A stretch of DNA of 64,000 nucleotides from Candidatus Cloacimonadales bacterium (GCA_963667035.1 OY762964.1:768001-832000), one strand, 5' to 3'; positions 10,263 through 19,405 are shown, numbered from the stretch's first letter. Made by a program: numbers and translations. The notes: generated from the letters alone by a model not told the origin.

Positions 10263-10734
10263 ATACTCAATAATAGTAGCTGTAGATAAGAATAACCTTA
10301 TCGGTAACGGTGAGACCATGCCTTGGAAAATAGCGGAAGATATGACCTATTTTAAGAAAGTAACAATGGGTCATATAGTGGTTATGGGGAGAGCAACCTT
10401 TGAATCTATTGGTAAACCTTTACCGGGTAGAAAGAACATAATTCTTAGTAAAAGTGTGGATAATATTGAGGGTGCTACCGTATGTAATAGCATCGAAGAG
10501 ATAGAACAATTTGTACCTAACGATGATATTGTTTTTATTATCGGTGGAGGTTCAGTTTATAAACAATTCTTAGATAGAATTAGTTATCTCTATATCACAA
10601 GAATTGATGCCGAGTTCAAAGGAACAGTATTTTTCCCGGAAATAGATTATAAAGAATGGGACTTAATTTCTATAGATGAAATTAAGTCTGATTATGGATT
10701 AAAGTTTGAAGTGTATTACAGGAAATGTAAATAA
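10255..10734 (+). CDS. folA: Dihydrofolate reductase
   Basis: IG....MPW....D..YFK..T.G..VVMGR.TFESIGKPLPGRKNIILS, IIGGG, FFP. Confidence 0.95.
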   Translation: MPKYSIIVAVDKNNLIGNGETMPWKIAEDMTYFKKVTMGHIVVMGRATFESIGKPLPGRKNIILSKSVDNIEGATVCNSIEEIEQFVPNDDIVFIIGGGSVYKQFLDRISYLYITRIDAEFKGTVFFPEIDYKEWDLISIDEIKSDYGLKFEVYYRKCK

Positions 10735-10772
10735 GATTGTCAATTAACACACAATTGTGTAATCTATGTTAA

Positions 10773-10799
10773 CAAAAAAGGGAACCGTTAGGTTCCCTA
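10773..10799. terminator. Terminator hairpin between convergent genes
   Basis: aaaaaagggaacc-gtta-ggttccct. Confidence 0.75.
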
Positions 10800-10818
10800 A
10801 ATTAATTGAATCGACCCA

Positions 10819-11175
10819 CTATTTGAGGATAACTGTTTTCTTCTTAGAAATATAACGACGATTAACTGTTACATTAATTTGATACTTACCAGCAGCTAAG
10901 AAACTACCGTCAGAACCATAACGATCGAGTACAAATACCATTTTGCCCTTTTGTACTTCTCCTCTAAAGAAAGAATCAACTAAAACTCCATCTTCATTAT
11001 ACATCTCTATAGAGGCATAACCATTTTCATGAAAATCAACAATCATTGTAGCGGTAGTTTTGTATTCCTCAGGTTGTACATAGATGCTGACGCCTTCGGT
11101 ACTGAAAGACACGGCAAGCAAGCTTGCTGCAATTGCGACTAATACCAAAAATACGATTCTTTTACTCCAAGACAT
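10819..11175 (-). CDS. Small secreted protein consisting essentially of a FlgD/T9SS-CTD-like domain
   Basis: Signal peptide, then IEMYNEDGVLV...DRYGSDGSFLAAGKY...KKTVILK; SD aaggag. Confidence 0.7.
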   Translation of the reverse strand: MSWSKRIVFLVLVAIAASLLAVSFSTEGVSIYVQPEEYKTTATMIVDFHENGYASIEMYNEDGVLVDSFFRGEVQKGKMVFVLDRYGSDGSFLAAGKYQINVTVNRRYISKKKTVILK

Positions 11176-11224
11176 CTTTATCTCCTTTTATGTATCTGCA
11201 TTTTATTTAATCATTTATATATAA

Positions 11225-11240
11225 TGCAATATATGTTCCA
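11225..11240 (-). promoter_or_regulatory. Sigma54 (-24/-12) promoter
   Basis: Minus strand TGGAAC-ATATA-TTGCA, about 50 bp upstream of the 11175 start. Confidence 0.65.
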
Positions 11241-11391
11241 AGATAATAAGAAAATAATTTTCCTATAAATCCTTCCTAACAAATCAACTTTTATACAACT
11301 TCTATATTCTGGCAACTATTTTTTTCTGAACGGTAATTATGTTGCAAATGAAGTAACACATTTTTAACAAGTATCCGATAGCATTATAAAG

Positions 11392-11422
11392 AGAACCTGC
11401 CTTCGTTTGAAGGCAGGCTTCT
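11392..11422 (-). terminator. Terminator hairpin after the 152-aa gene
   Basis: agaacctgccttc-gttt-gaaggcaggcttct. Confidence 0.7.
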
Positions 11423-11428
11423 CATCAA

Positions 11429-11887
11429 TTAGCTGCTATAGCTGTTTGTTAGATCGTCATATTTGTTGACTTTCGGTAAGAACCCATTGTCAATAGCATC
11501 CTTAACTGTTTGAATCCCGATATCCAAAAGCTGAATATCAGCAAAGGTAACAGTCTTCAGGTCAATAGTCGGATCATCTTTGTGGACATTCCACCACATC
11601 TTACTGTAAAGAGCATAGAAGGCAGGATGGCGTTTCTTCTTTCCGAGAACTTCATTTCCGTAGCGACGTGCATAAGTCTTGAGATTGTCAATCCAACCTG
11701 AATCGAAACTGTCATAAACAGTTGCCAGGTTTTCAGCGATACTTCCCATATTTGCGTTTTGAGGTGTGTCAGCAGGGACAACATAGTCTCTACTGAAGCA
11801 GATGTAACCTTCATTGAAGGCGGAGTAAACCAATTCATCCATCTTTCCTGAGAATGATCTGAATGGCTTCATCATGTTAACTCTCAT
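11429..11887 (-). CDS. Hypothetical protein, paralog of 18594..19049 (N-terminus reminiscent of DUF6266-type proteins)
   Basis: SFSGKMDELVY...RDYVVP..T.QN..MG....N...PTIDL.T.T......I.TV..AI..GFLP.V..YD shared with the paralog; SD aaggag. Confidence 0.85.
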   Translation of the reverse strand: MRVNMMKPFRSFSGKMDELVYSAFNEGYICFSRDYVVPADTPQNANMGSIAENLATVYDSFDSGWIDNLKTYARRYGNEVLGKKKRHPAFYALYSKMWWNVHKDDPTIDLKTVTFADIQLLDIGIQTVKDAIDNGFLPKVNKYDDLTNSYSS

Positions 11888-11992
11888 TGTGATCTCCTTT
11901 TCCTACGAAGCTTTACGCTAAGTAGGATTCGTCCTACCAACAGACGACTTTTGTTTTTTATTTCCCTAACGCGCTTTGGGTTTCTATATTAC

Positions 11993-12048
11993 CGGGCATG
12001 CGGACATCCCTGTCCGCATGAACTGGGAACGCAGACATCCTGTCTGCA
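11993..12048. repeat. Doublet of REP-like palindromes (gcggacatccctgtccgc family)
   Basis: atgcggacatccctgtccgcat followed by ctgggaacgcagacatcctgtctgca; related copies at 29947, 36905 and 37212. Confidence 0.75.
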
Positions 12049-12129
12049 GTAAATCCATAATTAGTAATTTCTAACTAGTAATCAACCGGATCCGCATGCA
12101 CCATAAAATCTCTATGGAAGGATGTTACT

Positions 12130-12184
12130 CATTCAACATTTGTAAATAAGCATTCAACATTCACAATTTAGCATTTAGCATTGA
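12130..12184. repeat. Short heptamer-like tandem repeats
   Basis: cattcaa/cattcaa/cattcac/aatttag/catttag/cattga. Confidence 0.55.
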
Positions 12185-12191
12185 TTTTTAC

Positions 12192-12221
12192 TCCCTCTAT
12201 TATACGTAGCTTACGGTTTTT
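12192..12221 (-). promoter_or_regulatory. Conserved upstream motif (probable promoter) of the paralog family, copy 1
   Basis: Minus strand aaaaaccgtaagctacgTATAATagaggga; 24 of the first 27 nt match 17514-17540. Confidence 0.6.
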
Positions 12222-12431
12222 GATTTTAAATGAAAAAAGCCAAAAATTTTTAGCAAAAGTAAGTATAAATAAATTGAGTAATAAAGAATCTGTAATATAA
12301 TCACATTTACCAATTTGTGCTTGACATAGTAACTTTTTATTGACACTAATAATCTGTGAAAGTTTTATAAAAACTATTACAGATTCTTTGATAATATGAT
12401 AGAATACACTTTCCAGTTATAAGGAGTGCAT

Positions 12432-14723
12432 ATGATTACAGCTTTTAAGTATATAAACAATATCGGTTTGTTTGCTAATATGAATCAAGCAGCAGGTCTG
12501 CAAATGAATAATCTAACACTTATCTATGCAGAAAATGGACGGGGTAAAACTACAGTATCCGCCATCTTCCGTTCACTTAAAACTGGAGATCCTCTTCATG
12601 TTACGGAAAGAAAGACTTTGGGTAGTACTAGTGACGCAAAAATTATCTTGGATACTGATAATGCTCAACCTCCTTATATTTTTGAGAATGGGAATTGGAA
12701 TAGAAATTTACCTGAGATTGTGATATATGATGATGATTTTGTTGAAAGAAATATTTATTCTGGATTATCAATTTCACCTTCAAACAAAAAAAATCTTCAT
12801 GAGTTAATTATTGGTGAAGAGGGTATAAACTTAAATGATCAGCTAAACAATTGTATTAACAATATTTCTGAGTTTAACAAAGAGTTAAGGGATTGTGAAT
12901 CTAGGGTACAATCAGAATACCGATATGGATTAACTTGGAAAGAATTTTGTGATCTTGAAAATGTTGAAGATATTGATTCCAAAATTGAAGAGAAAAAGAA
13001 AACTCTTGAGGCAATAAAAAATCAGAGTACTATTATAGAAAAGAATCCAATTGTAACAGTCAACCAGGTTTCCATAAATATTAGTTACTACTTAAATCTG
13101 TTAAAATCTGACATTGGAGATATCGACAAGGAAGCAATGAGGATGGTGCTTGATTACTTTTCTGATACAGCAAGAGAAAAGTGGGTATCAGATGGTTTAG
13201 AGCTATTACCTCATGATCAGGATGACAACCAGAAATGCCCATTTTGCCATCAACACTTGAAAGATTCAGAAATCTTTAAGCTATACAAACAATATTTTAG
13301 TGAGAGTTATAAAACTCTCAAGAGGAGCATTACTAAAGTAGCAAGTTCTCTTCAAAGAGATTTCGATGTTACTAAACAGTTTGAGTTATCATCTATTCTT
13401 AACGATGTAAACCATGATATTAATTATTGGTCAGACTATATAGGTATTGATAAAACCCCAATAGAATTAGATGATTATTTAGCAAATTGGAAAGTCGTCT
13501 ATGAGCTTCTCTTCTCGAAAATATCAGAGAAGTTAAAAGCCCCTCTTGAAGTTATTCAAATATCAGAAGTTGAACAGAAAAGTATTGATAGTTACAAAAA
13601 GAATAGTGCAAAGTTATTTGAAATTGATACCTATATAGCTGAAGTGAATAAGAAAATCTCTGATTTAAAAGAAAGCATTAAACTAAAAGACATTTCAATA
13701 GCTCAAAATGAACTAAACAAATTACTGGCTACAAAAGCTAGATTTAATGATGACATTGTTGCTCACTGTGATAGATATAAAAGTATACAAGATGAGAAAC
13801 AAAGAGTAAAGACTCAGAGAGATAGATTTAGAACTGATTTAGAAGAATATAGAACTAGAATCTTTCCAGAGTATCAGCATACTGTTAATGAATACTTAGG
13901 TCTGTTTAATGCCGGATATAGAATTGAAGATGTGAAACATAGAAATATTAGTTCTGGCTCATCCTGCAATTATAATGTGTTAATTAACAATATTCCGGTT
14001 CCTGTAACAATTCCTTCTTCTAATGGTGAACCATCTTTTCATAATACATTGAGTGCAGGTGATAGAAACTCGTTGGCTCTGGCATTTTTTTTTGCAAAGC
14101 TAAATAAAGATAATAATCGTTCTTCAAAAATAGTAATAATCGATGATCCAGTTTCTACACTTGATGATCACAGAACCATGTCTACAATCCAAGAAATAAG
14201 GAGAATATCTAATAATGTCAATCAAGTTATTGTACTATCTCATAACAAAAAATTCTTATGTGAGCTGTTTCAAACAACTAGAAGTTTAGACCCTACACCT
14301 TTGGTAATAAAGAAAGAAAGAAACAATTCAGTTATTGGATCTTGGAATGTTAATGATGATACTGTTACTTTACACGATTTATATCATGGACTATTAACAG
14401 AATACAATGAGGGTCATCAAGACAAATCAAAGGAAGTAGCTGAAGCCATTCGACCATATTTAGAGGGTTTTCTAAGAGTTATCTTCCCTACACATTTTGT
14501 TTCAGGGACCATGATTGGTCCATTTATTAATAAATGTAGGACTTTAGTTGGTACTGCAAATGAATTGTTAAGTGTAAGTAGAGTTGATGAATTGGACAAC
14601 ATTAAAGGATATGCAAATAAATTTCACCATGATACTAATAGTAATCATCTTCATGAAATAGTGAATAACTCTGAATTAGAGGGTTATGTTCGAAGAACTC
14701 TTGATTTTGTAAAGCTTCAATAA
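12432..14723 (+). CDS. AAA_13/RloC-like ABC-ATPase with zinc hook and C-terminal HEPN-like domain
   Basis: Walker A AENGRGKT, CPFC zinc hook within coiled coil, signature LSAGDR, Walker B IIDDPVSTLD, SHN, C-terminal NKFHH. Confidence 0.8.
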   Translation: MITAFKYINNIGLFANMNQAAGLQMNNLTLIYAENGRGKTTVSAIFRSLKTGDPLHVTERKTLGSTSDAKIILDTDNAQPPYIFENGNWNRNLPEIVIYDDDFVERNIYSGLSISPSNKKNLHELIIGEEGINLNDQLNNCINNISEFNKELRDCESRVQSEYRYGLTWKEFCDLENVEDIDSKIEEKKKTLEAIKNQSTIIEKNPIVTVNQVSINISYYLNLLKSDIGDIDKEAMRMVLDYFSDTAREKWVSDGLELLPHDQDDNQKCPFCHQHLKDSEIFKLYKQYFSESYKTLKRSITKVASSLQRDFDVTKQFELSSILNDVNHDINYWSDYIGIDKTPIELDDYLANWKVVYELLFSKISEKLKAPLEVIQISEVEQKSIDSYKKNSAKLFEIDTYIAEVNKKISDLKESIKLKDISIAQNELNKLLATKARFNDDIVAHCDRYKSIQDEKQRVKTQRDRFRTDLEEYRTRIFPEYQHTVNEYLGLFNAGYRIEDVKHRNISSGSSCNYNVLINNIPVPVTIPSSNGEPSFHNTLSAGDRNSLALAFFFAKLNKDNNRSSKIVIIDDPVSTLDDHRTMSTIQEIRRISNNVNQVIVLSHNKKFLCELFQTTRSLDPTPLVIKKERNNSVIGSWNVNDDTVTLHDLYHGLLTEYNEGHQDKSKEVAEAIRPYLEGFLRVIFPTHFVSGTMIGPFINKCRTLVGTANELLSVSRVDELDNIKGYANKFHHDTNSNHLHEIVNNSELEGYVRRTLDFVKLQ

Positions 14724-14747
14724 CATTGAAAAGAGTAAAGAGGAAAT

Positions 14748-17213
14748 ATGCCAGAAATATGGAAAGACTCATTAAATCGGAATAAATTGTTTAAGCGATT
14801 GAAAGAATTGGAAAAAGAATCGGAATTGGAAACAGATGTTAGGGCACTAATTGCTGATTTAGAAAAGATTGTTAAATATGCATATGATAAATCAAAAAGA
14901 ATTCCAATTAATATGCCAGAATACACACTGCATGACGAAATCCATATTTTCAATGTTATGAAAATAATGGATAAATTGATACCTAAAGAAACAAGAGAAG
15001 CACTTTCAGCACCTGAGTTAATGCTTCTTTTAGCATGTGCTGCATTACATGATATTGGGATGGCTGTTAGTCAAAAACAAGTAGTTTGTTGGAAGGGTAT
15101 ATACGAAAAAGAGAACCCAACTTCTCGTGAACTCAAAGATAAGAAAAGATTTGATGATTTCATTGATGGATATCCAGAGAAAAAACAAGAATGGGAAGAT
15201 TTAAAGAGAAGCAACGATCCCGAAGCCTCTTTTATTGAACAATTCTTAATCTCTGAATTTATCAGGGAAAATCACCCACATCAAATGCAAGTTGAGTTTA
15301 AGGCATTCTTCAAAGACTGGATTATAAAATATAAAAACATGGAACTAAACAGGTTCATTAATAGTTTATGCAGAAGTCATGGAGAGAACCTTAACGCCTT
15401 AGACAAGTTTAGTTCATTAGAAGTGTGTGGTGATGAAGTTGTTTGTTTGCAATATATTGGTGTCATTTTGAGACTATCTGATATTTTGGATTTTGACTAT
15501 ACTAGAGCACCTGATGCCATTTATAAATCAATTGCTTTTAACAGTAGTGTCTCAATAAAAGAGTGGATTAAGCATCGATCTATAACTTCATTGTCTATTG
15601 GAGAGAAGAACATTTACTTTAGTGCTACATGTTCTCATCCTAAGATAGAAAAATCTATTCGAGATTTTCTCAATGTAATTGATGACGAGTTAACATCATG
15701 TAACACCTATATAGAAAATATGAATGATCCTAAATTCGAAGATAGAATGAAGGTCTATAAGCATGGTTTTACTGATAAAGTAGATGGGAATAGAATTGGA
15801 CCGGAATTAGATTCAAACAATGAACCTAAATACATATATAAAGATATCAGCTTCTCACTGAGTAAAGTCCAAATTATTGATTTACTGATGGGCACAAAAC
15901 TTTATAATGATAAATCTGTTCCCCTAAGAGAACTTGTGCAGAACTCTATTGATGCATGTTTGTTGCAAATGTCTATTTGCAAGCACTTCAAGCAGGACTA
16001 TACACCTAGGATAAAAATTGAGTATTATAAAGATGAATCTAACTACATATTAGTTGTTGAAGATAACGGTATCGGGATGGATCTTGACATTATTAATAAT
16101 TACTACTCAAACATTGGAAAGTCATACTATAAATCCAAGGAATTCCTAAGAGTAAAAGCACTAACACATTCACAAATGTGCCCGATTTCAAGATTTGGTA
16201 TTGGTGTGTTATCCTGTTTTATGGTCTCAGATTCTATCGAAGTTGAAACCTTAAAGCATAATGATGATGGGTCTTATGGAAAAGGATTAAGTATTAGCAT
16301 TGATGGGAAAGATAGCATTTTTGAGATTAGAAATTGTGATAAAGTTAATTCAGGTACTGTTACAAAATTAAAACTTAGACCTCAGGATAATTTCTGGGAA
16401 GAGACTTCTAAAGAGGATTTTGAGAAGATGGTTAAGAAGGCATTTCCTAATCCTCCTATCAGAATTGATGTTGAAGCAAGAGATTTAAAAGAAATTAATG
16501 ATGATGTCATCGTGGATGACAGTACTAACGAAACCTCAAGCAGTATCACGATTAATGAAAATGATTTTGATTTCACAAGAATTAATGATCTTCAAGATAG
16601 TTCATGGAGTGAACAGGAAGTAGTCCAATTGCATAAGATATCTCTGGATAATTCTGAATTTAGTTTGAAGGGAGTAGCATTAATAGCACTATTGGAGAAA
16701 GATGCACTACCTGTAAAGGAATATACCTTTGAACCAGTAACAAAAACAATAGATGGTGAGGATTATACATTGGAATATAAAATTAGTACTGGCACCTACT
16801 GGTATAAAGCGAGTTATAACAATATAACAATAGATAATCAAGGGGGATTAAAATCAGACACGGGTTTCGATTTTATATTTAGATCAGATAACTACTTATC
16901 GATTCATGGAATAGAAGTTCCACATAAATTATTTGGTTATAGCAATAATCAGAGAAGCAAAGTCAAATTAGAATGGCCATTTTCAATGATTATAGCTTTA
17001 GATATAGGTAACAAAATGGATTTAGATTTAAATTCACAAAGAACTGAGATTATTAAAACAGACAAGTGGGATAAATTCGAACAAGTGCTTGCAACAATAG
17101 TTTGCACACAGCTAAAAGAGCAAGTAACTCAAGGATATTGGAATGAAATGAAAACATTGTTTAGTAATTCACGATCAAGCATTTTTAACTCTGCTTTAAA
17201 ATCAATCGATTAA
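14748..17213 (+). CDS. HD-domain (HD-CE-like) + HSP90/GHKL ATPase fusion protein
   Basis: YTLHD..H, LHDIGM, IR..H, CRSHG, RLSDILD, then LRELVQNSIDA, DNGIGM, ISRFGIG.LSCFM. Confidence 0.85.
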   Translation: MPEIWKDSLNRNKLFKRLKELEKESELETDVRALIADLEKIVKYAYDKSKRIPINMPEYTLHDEIHIFNVMKIMDKLIPKETREALSAPELMLLLACAALHDIGMAVSQKQVVCWKGIYEKENPTSRELKDKKRFDDFIDGYPEKKQEWEDLKRSNDPEASFIEQFLISEFIRENHPHQMQVEFKAFFKDWIIKYKNMELNRFINSLCRSHGENLNALDKFSSLEVCGDEVVCLQYIGVILRLSDILDFDYTRAPDAIYKSIAFNSSVSIKEWIKHRSITSLSIGEKNIYFSATCSHPKIEKSIRDFLNVIDDELTSCNTYIENMNDPKFEDRMKVYKHGFTDKVDGNRIGPELDSNNEPKYIYKDISFSLSKVQIIDLLMGTKLYNDKSVPLRELVQNSIDACLLQMSICKHFKQDYTPRIKIEYYKDESNYILVVEDNGIGMDLDIINNYYSNIGKSYYKSKEFLRVKALTHSQMCPISRFGIGVLSCFMVSDSIEVETLKHNDDGSYGKGLSISIDGKDSIFEIRNCDKVNSGTVTKLKLRPQDNFWEETSKEDFEKMVKKAFPNPPIRIDVEARDLKEINDDVIVDDSTNETSSSITINENDFDFTRINDLQDSSWSEQEVVQLHKISLDNSEFSLKGVALIALLEKDALPVKEYTFEPVTKTIDGEDYTLEYKISTGTYWYKASYNNITIDNQGGLKSDTGFDFIFRSDNYLSIHGIEVPHKLFGYSNNQRSKVKLEWPFSMIIALDIGNKMDLDLNSQRTEIIKTDKWDKFEQVLATIVCTQLKEQVTQGYWNEMKTLFSNSRSSIFNSALKSID

Positions 17214-17513
17214 TTGGTATATGTAAAAAGTTATACCTAAGATATTATAGTCCTGATTTTAGAAACACATTTTGTGTTTCACCCCACACTCACTCCACCA
17301 TCATAATTCCCAACAAACAGCTCTCCAATTTCTGTGAGTCTCTTGAGGGTCTCCGGGGCTCGAGGATAAGAGAGTATCAAATTATTGGGTGGATGGAGAT
17401 ATTTTTTTCATGTTTATTATGATAGGGCGTAGAAACCTCATATAATCATTGATTATATATTGTTATCATATTATGATTATTGATAAAATTATGCTGTTTT
17501 ACACCGATTTGTG

Positions 17514-17543
17514 AAAAAGCGTAAGCTACGAAGAATAGAGAGG
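17514..17543 (+). promoter_or_regulatory. Conserved upstream motif (probable promoter) of the paralog family, copy 2
   Basis: aaaaagcgtaagctacgaagaatagagagg; inverted relative to 12192-12221 and pointing to 18594. Confidence 0.6.
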
Positions 17544-17550
17544 TATTTTA

Positions 17551-19331
17551 TAATCCTAAAAAGATTACATAATAATAGCCATGGGTTTTAACCTATGGAA
17601 TATAGGTACCCACATCCCCCGATCCTAAAGGGTTGTCGAAATCATATTATGTAAAATATAAAAATGCACGGTTTGTATTTAACATTTTTTATTGGGCGAC
17701 CCCGTTAGGGTCGAGGATTTAATTAATCAGTTTCCATGGGCTGAAGCCCATGGCTATTATATGGTTGTCCCTTTAGGACAAAGATGGAGTTTGATTGATC
17801 TGTTTTCATTGATTAAGTACATTGTAATTCGTTAAAAAACCTTTATGAATAACAGTTTAAATAATATGTAATCCAATTATCGAACCCTTATAGGGTTCTC
17901 TTACAATAGCCATAGGTTTTAACCTATGGAATATAGGCACCAACCTCCCCCGATCCTAAAGGGTTGCCGAAATCATATTATGTAAAATATAAAAATGCAC
18001 GGTTTGTATTTAACATTTTTTATTGGGCGACCCCGTTAGGGTCGAGGATTTAATTAATCAGTTTCCATGGGCTGAAGCCCATGGCTATTATAATGTTGCC
18101 CTGTTAGGGCAAGATTGATGTTTCAATGATCCGTTTCCATGGGTTGAAACCTGTGGCTATTATATGGTTGTCCATTTAGGACAAAAACGGTGTTTGATTG
18201 ATTCATTTACACGGGTTAAAACCCATGGCTATTATACGGTTGTCCCTTCATGACAATAATCTAAATATTATGTAATCCATATTAAGAACCCTAACGGGGT
18301 TCTCTTACAATAGCCATAGGTTTTAACCTATGGAACAGGAATACCCCCTAAAAACCACACAACCCTAACAGGGTTGCCTTATATTCATAACCCTGAAGAG
18401 TCTTTAAATTCAATCCCATGTCTATTATACGGTTGTCCCTTTAGGACAATAATTGAAATATTAAGTAATCCATATTACGAACCCTAGCGGGGTTCTCTTA
18501 CAATAGCCATAGGTTTTAACCTATGGAACAGGAATACCCCCAAAACCACGACCCTAAAAGGGTCGTCCTCCACATCAATAAAGGAGAAAGACAATGAAAG
18601 TTAAACTCGCAGCTTGGATTAAATCGATGTCCGGTAGATTGGACGATTTAGTGTTTTGTGTTGATAAGAAAACAGGAAATGTTTGGGTGCGTGATTATGT
18701 TGTACCCGAACGAACAGAGCAGAATACACGAATGGGATTGTCAGCAAAGAATATGGCAGTTTTTAGGCAGAACATCAATGAAGAGTATTATTCCGATTTA
18801 GAGGATTATTCGGATAGATACAATCTTCAATCATTGGGGCAATCCGGTCGTTTGAATGGATATTCAGTATTGAATAAAATGTTGTATGCCCTAAAAAGAG
18901 CATATCCCACGATAGATCTGACAACGATTACCCCGCAATTTGTCGTGGATCATAATTTACCGATTCGCACAGTTGCAGAGGCGATAGAACATGGATTTCT
19001 CCCACCGGTACCTCGTTATGATGAGTTTGTAAATCCAATTATGTTGTGATTTGGCGACCCCGTTAGGGTCGAGGTTTTATTTGGTCCGTTTCCATGGGTT
19101 AAAACCCATGGTTATTATACGGTTGTCCCTCTAGGACAGAAACGATGTTTGCTTGAACTGATTCCATGGGCTGACGCCCATGGCTATTATATGGGTGTCC
19201 TTTCAGGACAATAATAGAAACATTATGTAATCCATATTACGAACCCTAGCGGGGTTCTCTAACAATAGCCATAGGTTTTAACCTATGGAATAGGAATCCC
19301 CCCCCCAAACCACACAACCCTAACGGGGTTG
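17551..19331. repeat. Array of about 12 full or partial triple-hairpin REP/REPIN-like units in both orientations
   Basis: Forward units (gaaccct..ggggttc / aatagccataggttttaacctatggaa / caaccct..agggttg) at ~17551, 17881, 18286, 18478, 19240; inverted units (cgaccccgttagggtcg / ttccatggg..cccatggctatt / ttgtccctttaggacaa) at ~17695, 18026, 18131, 18207, 18414, 19053, 19162. Confidence 0.92.
18594..19049 (+). CDS. Hypothetical protein, paralog of 11429..11887
   Basis: SMSGRLDDLVF...RDYVVPERTEQN...PTIDLTTIT...IRTVAEAIEHGFLPPVPRYD; SD aaggag. Confidence 0.85.
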   Translation: MKVKLAAWIKSMSGRLDDLVFCVDKKTGNVWVRDYVVPERTEQNTRMGLSAKNMAVFRQNINEEYYSDLEDYSDRYNLQSLGQSGRLNGYSVLNKMLYALKRAYPTIDLTTITPQFVVDHNLPIRTVAEAIEHGFLPPVPRYDEFVNPIML

Positions 19332-19365
19332 GTCTAATCAAACTAAACATGGTTAAAGCAAAAGA

Positions 19366-19390
19366 AAAACCCGGATTGCTCCGGGTATTA
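19366..19390 (-). terminator. Terminator hairpin
   Basis: aaaaacccgga-ttgc-tccgggt; T-tail on the minus strand. Confidence 0.65.
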
Positions 19391-19405
19391 GCAATCTAAC
19401 TATGC

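Noticed and set aside
17551..19331. Possible CRISPR array
   Set aside because: Units occur in both orientations with irregular spacing and repeated spacers; no cas genes in the window
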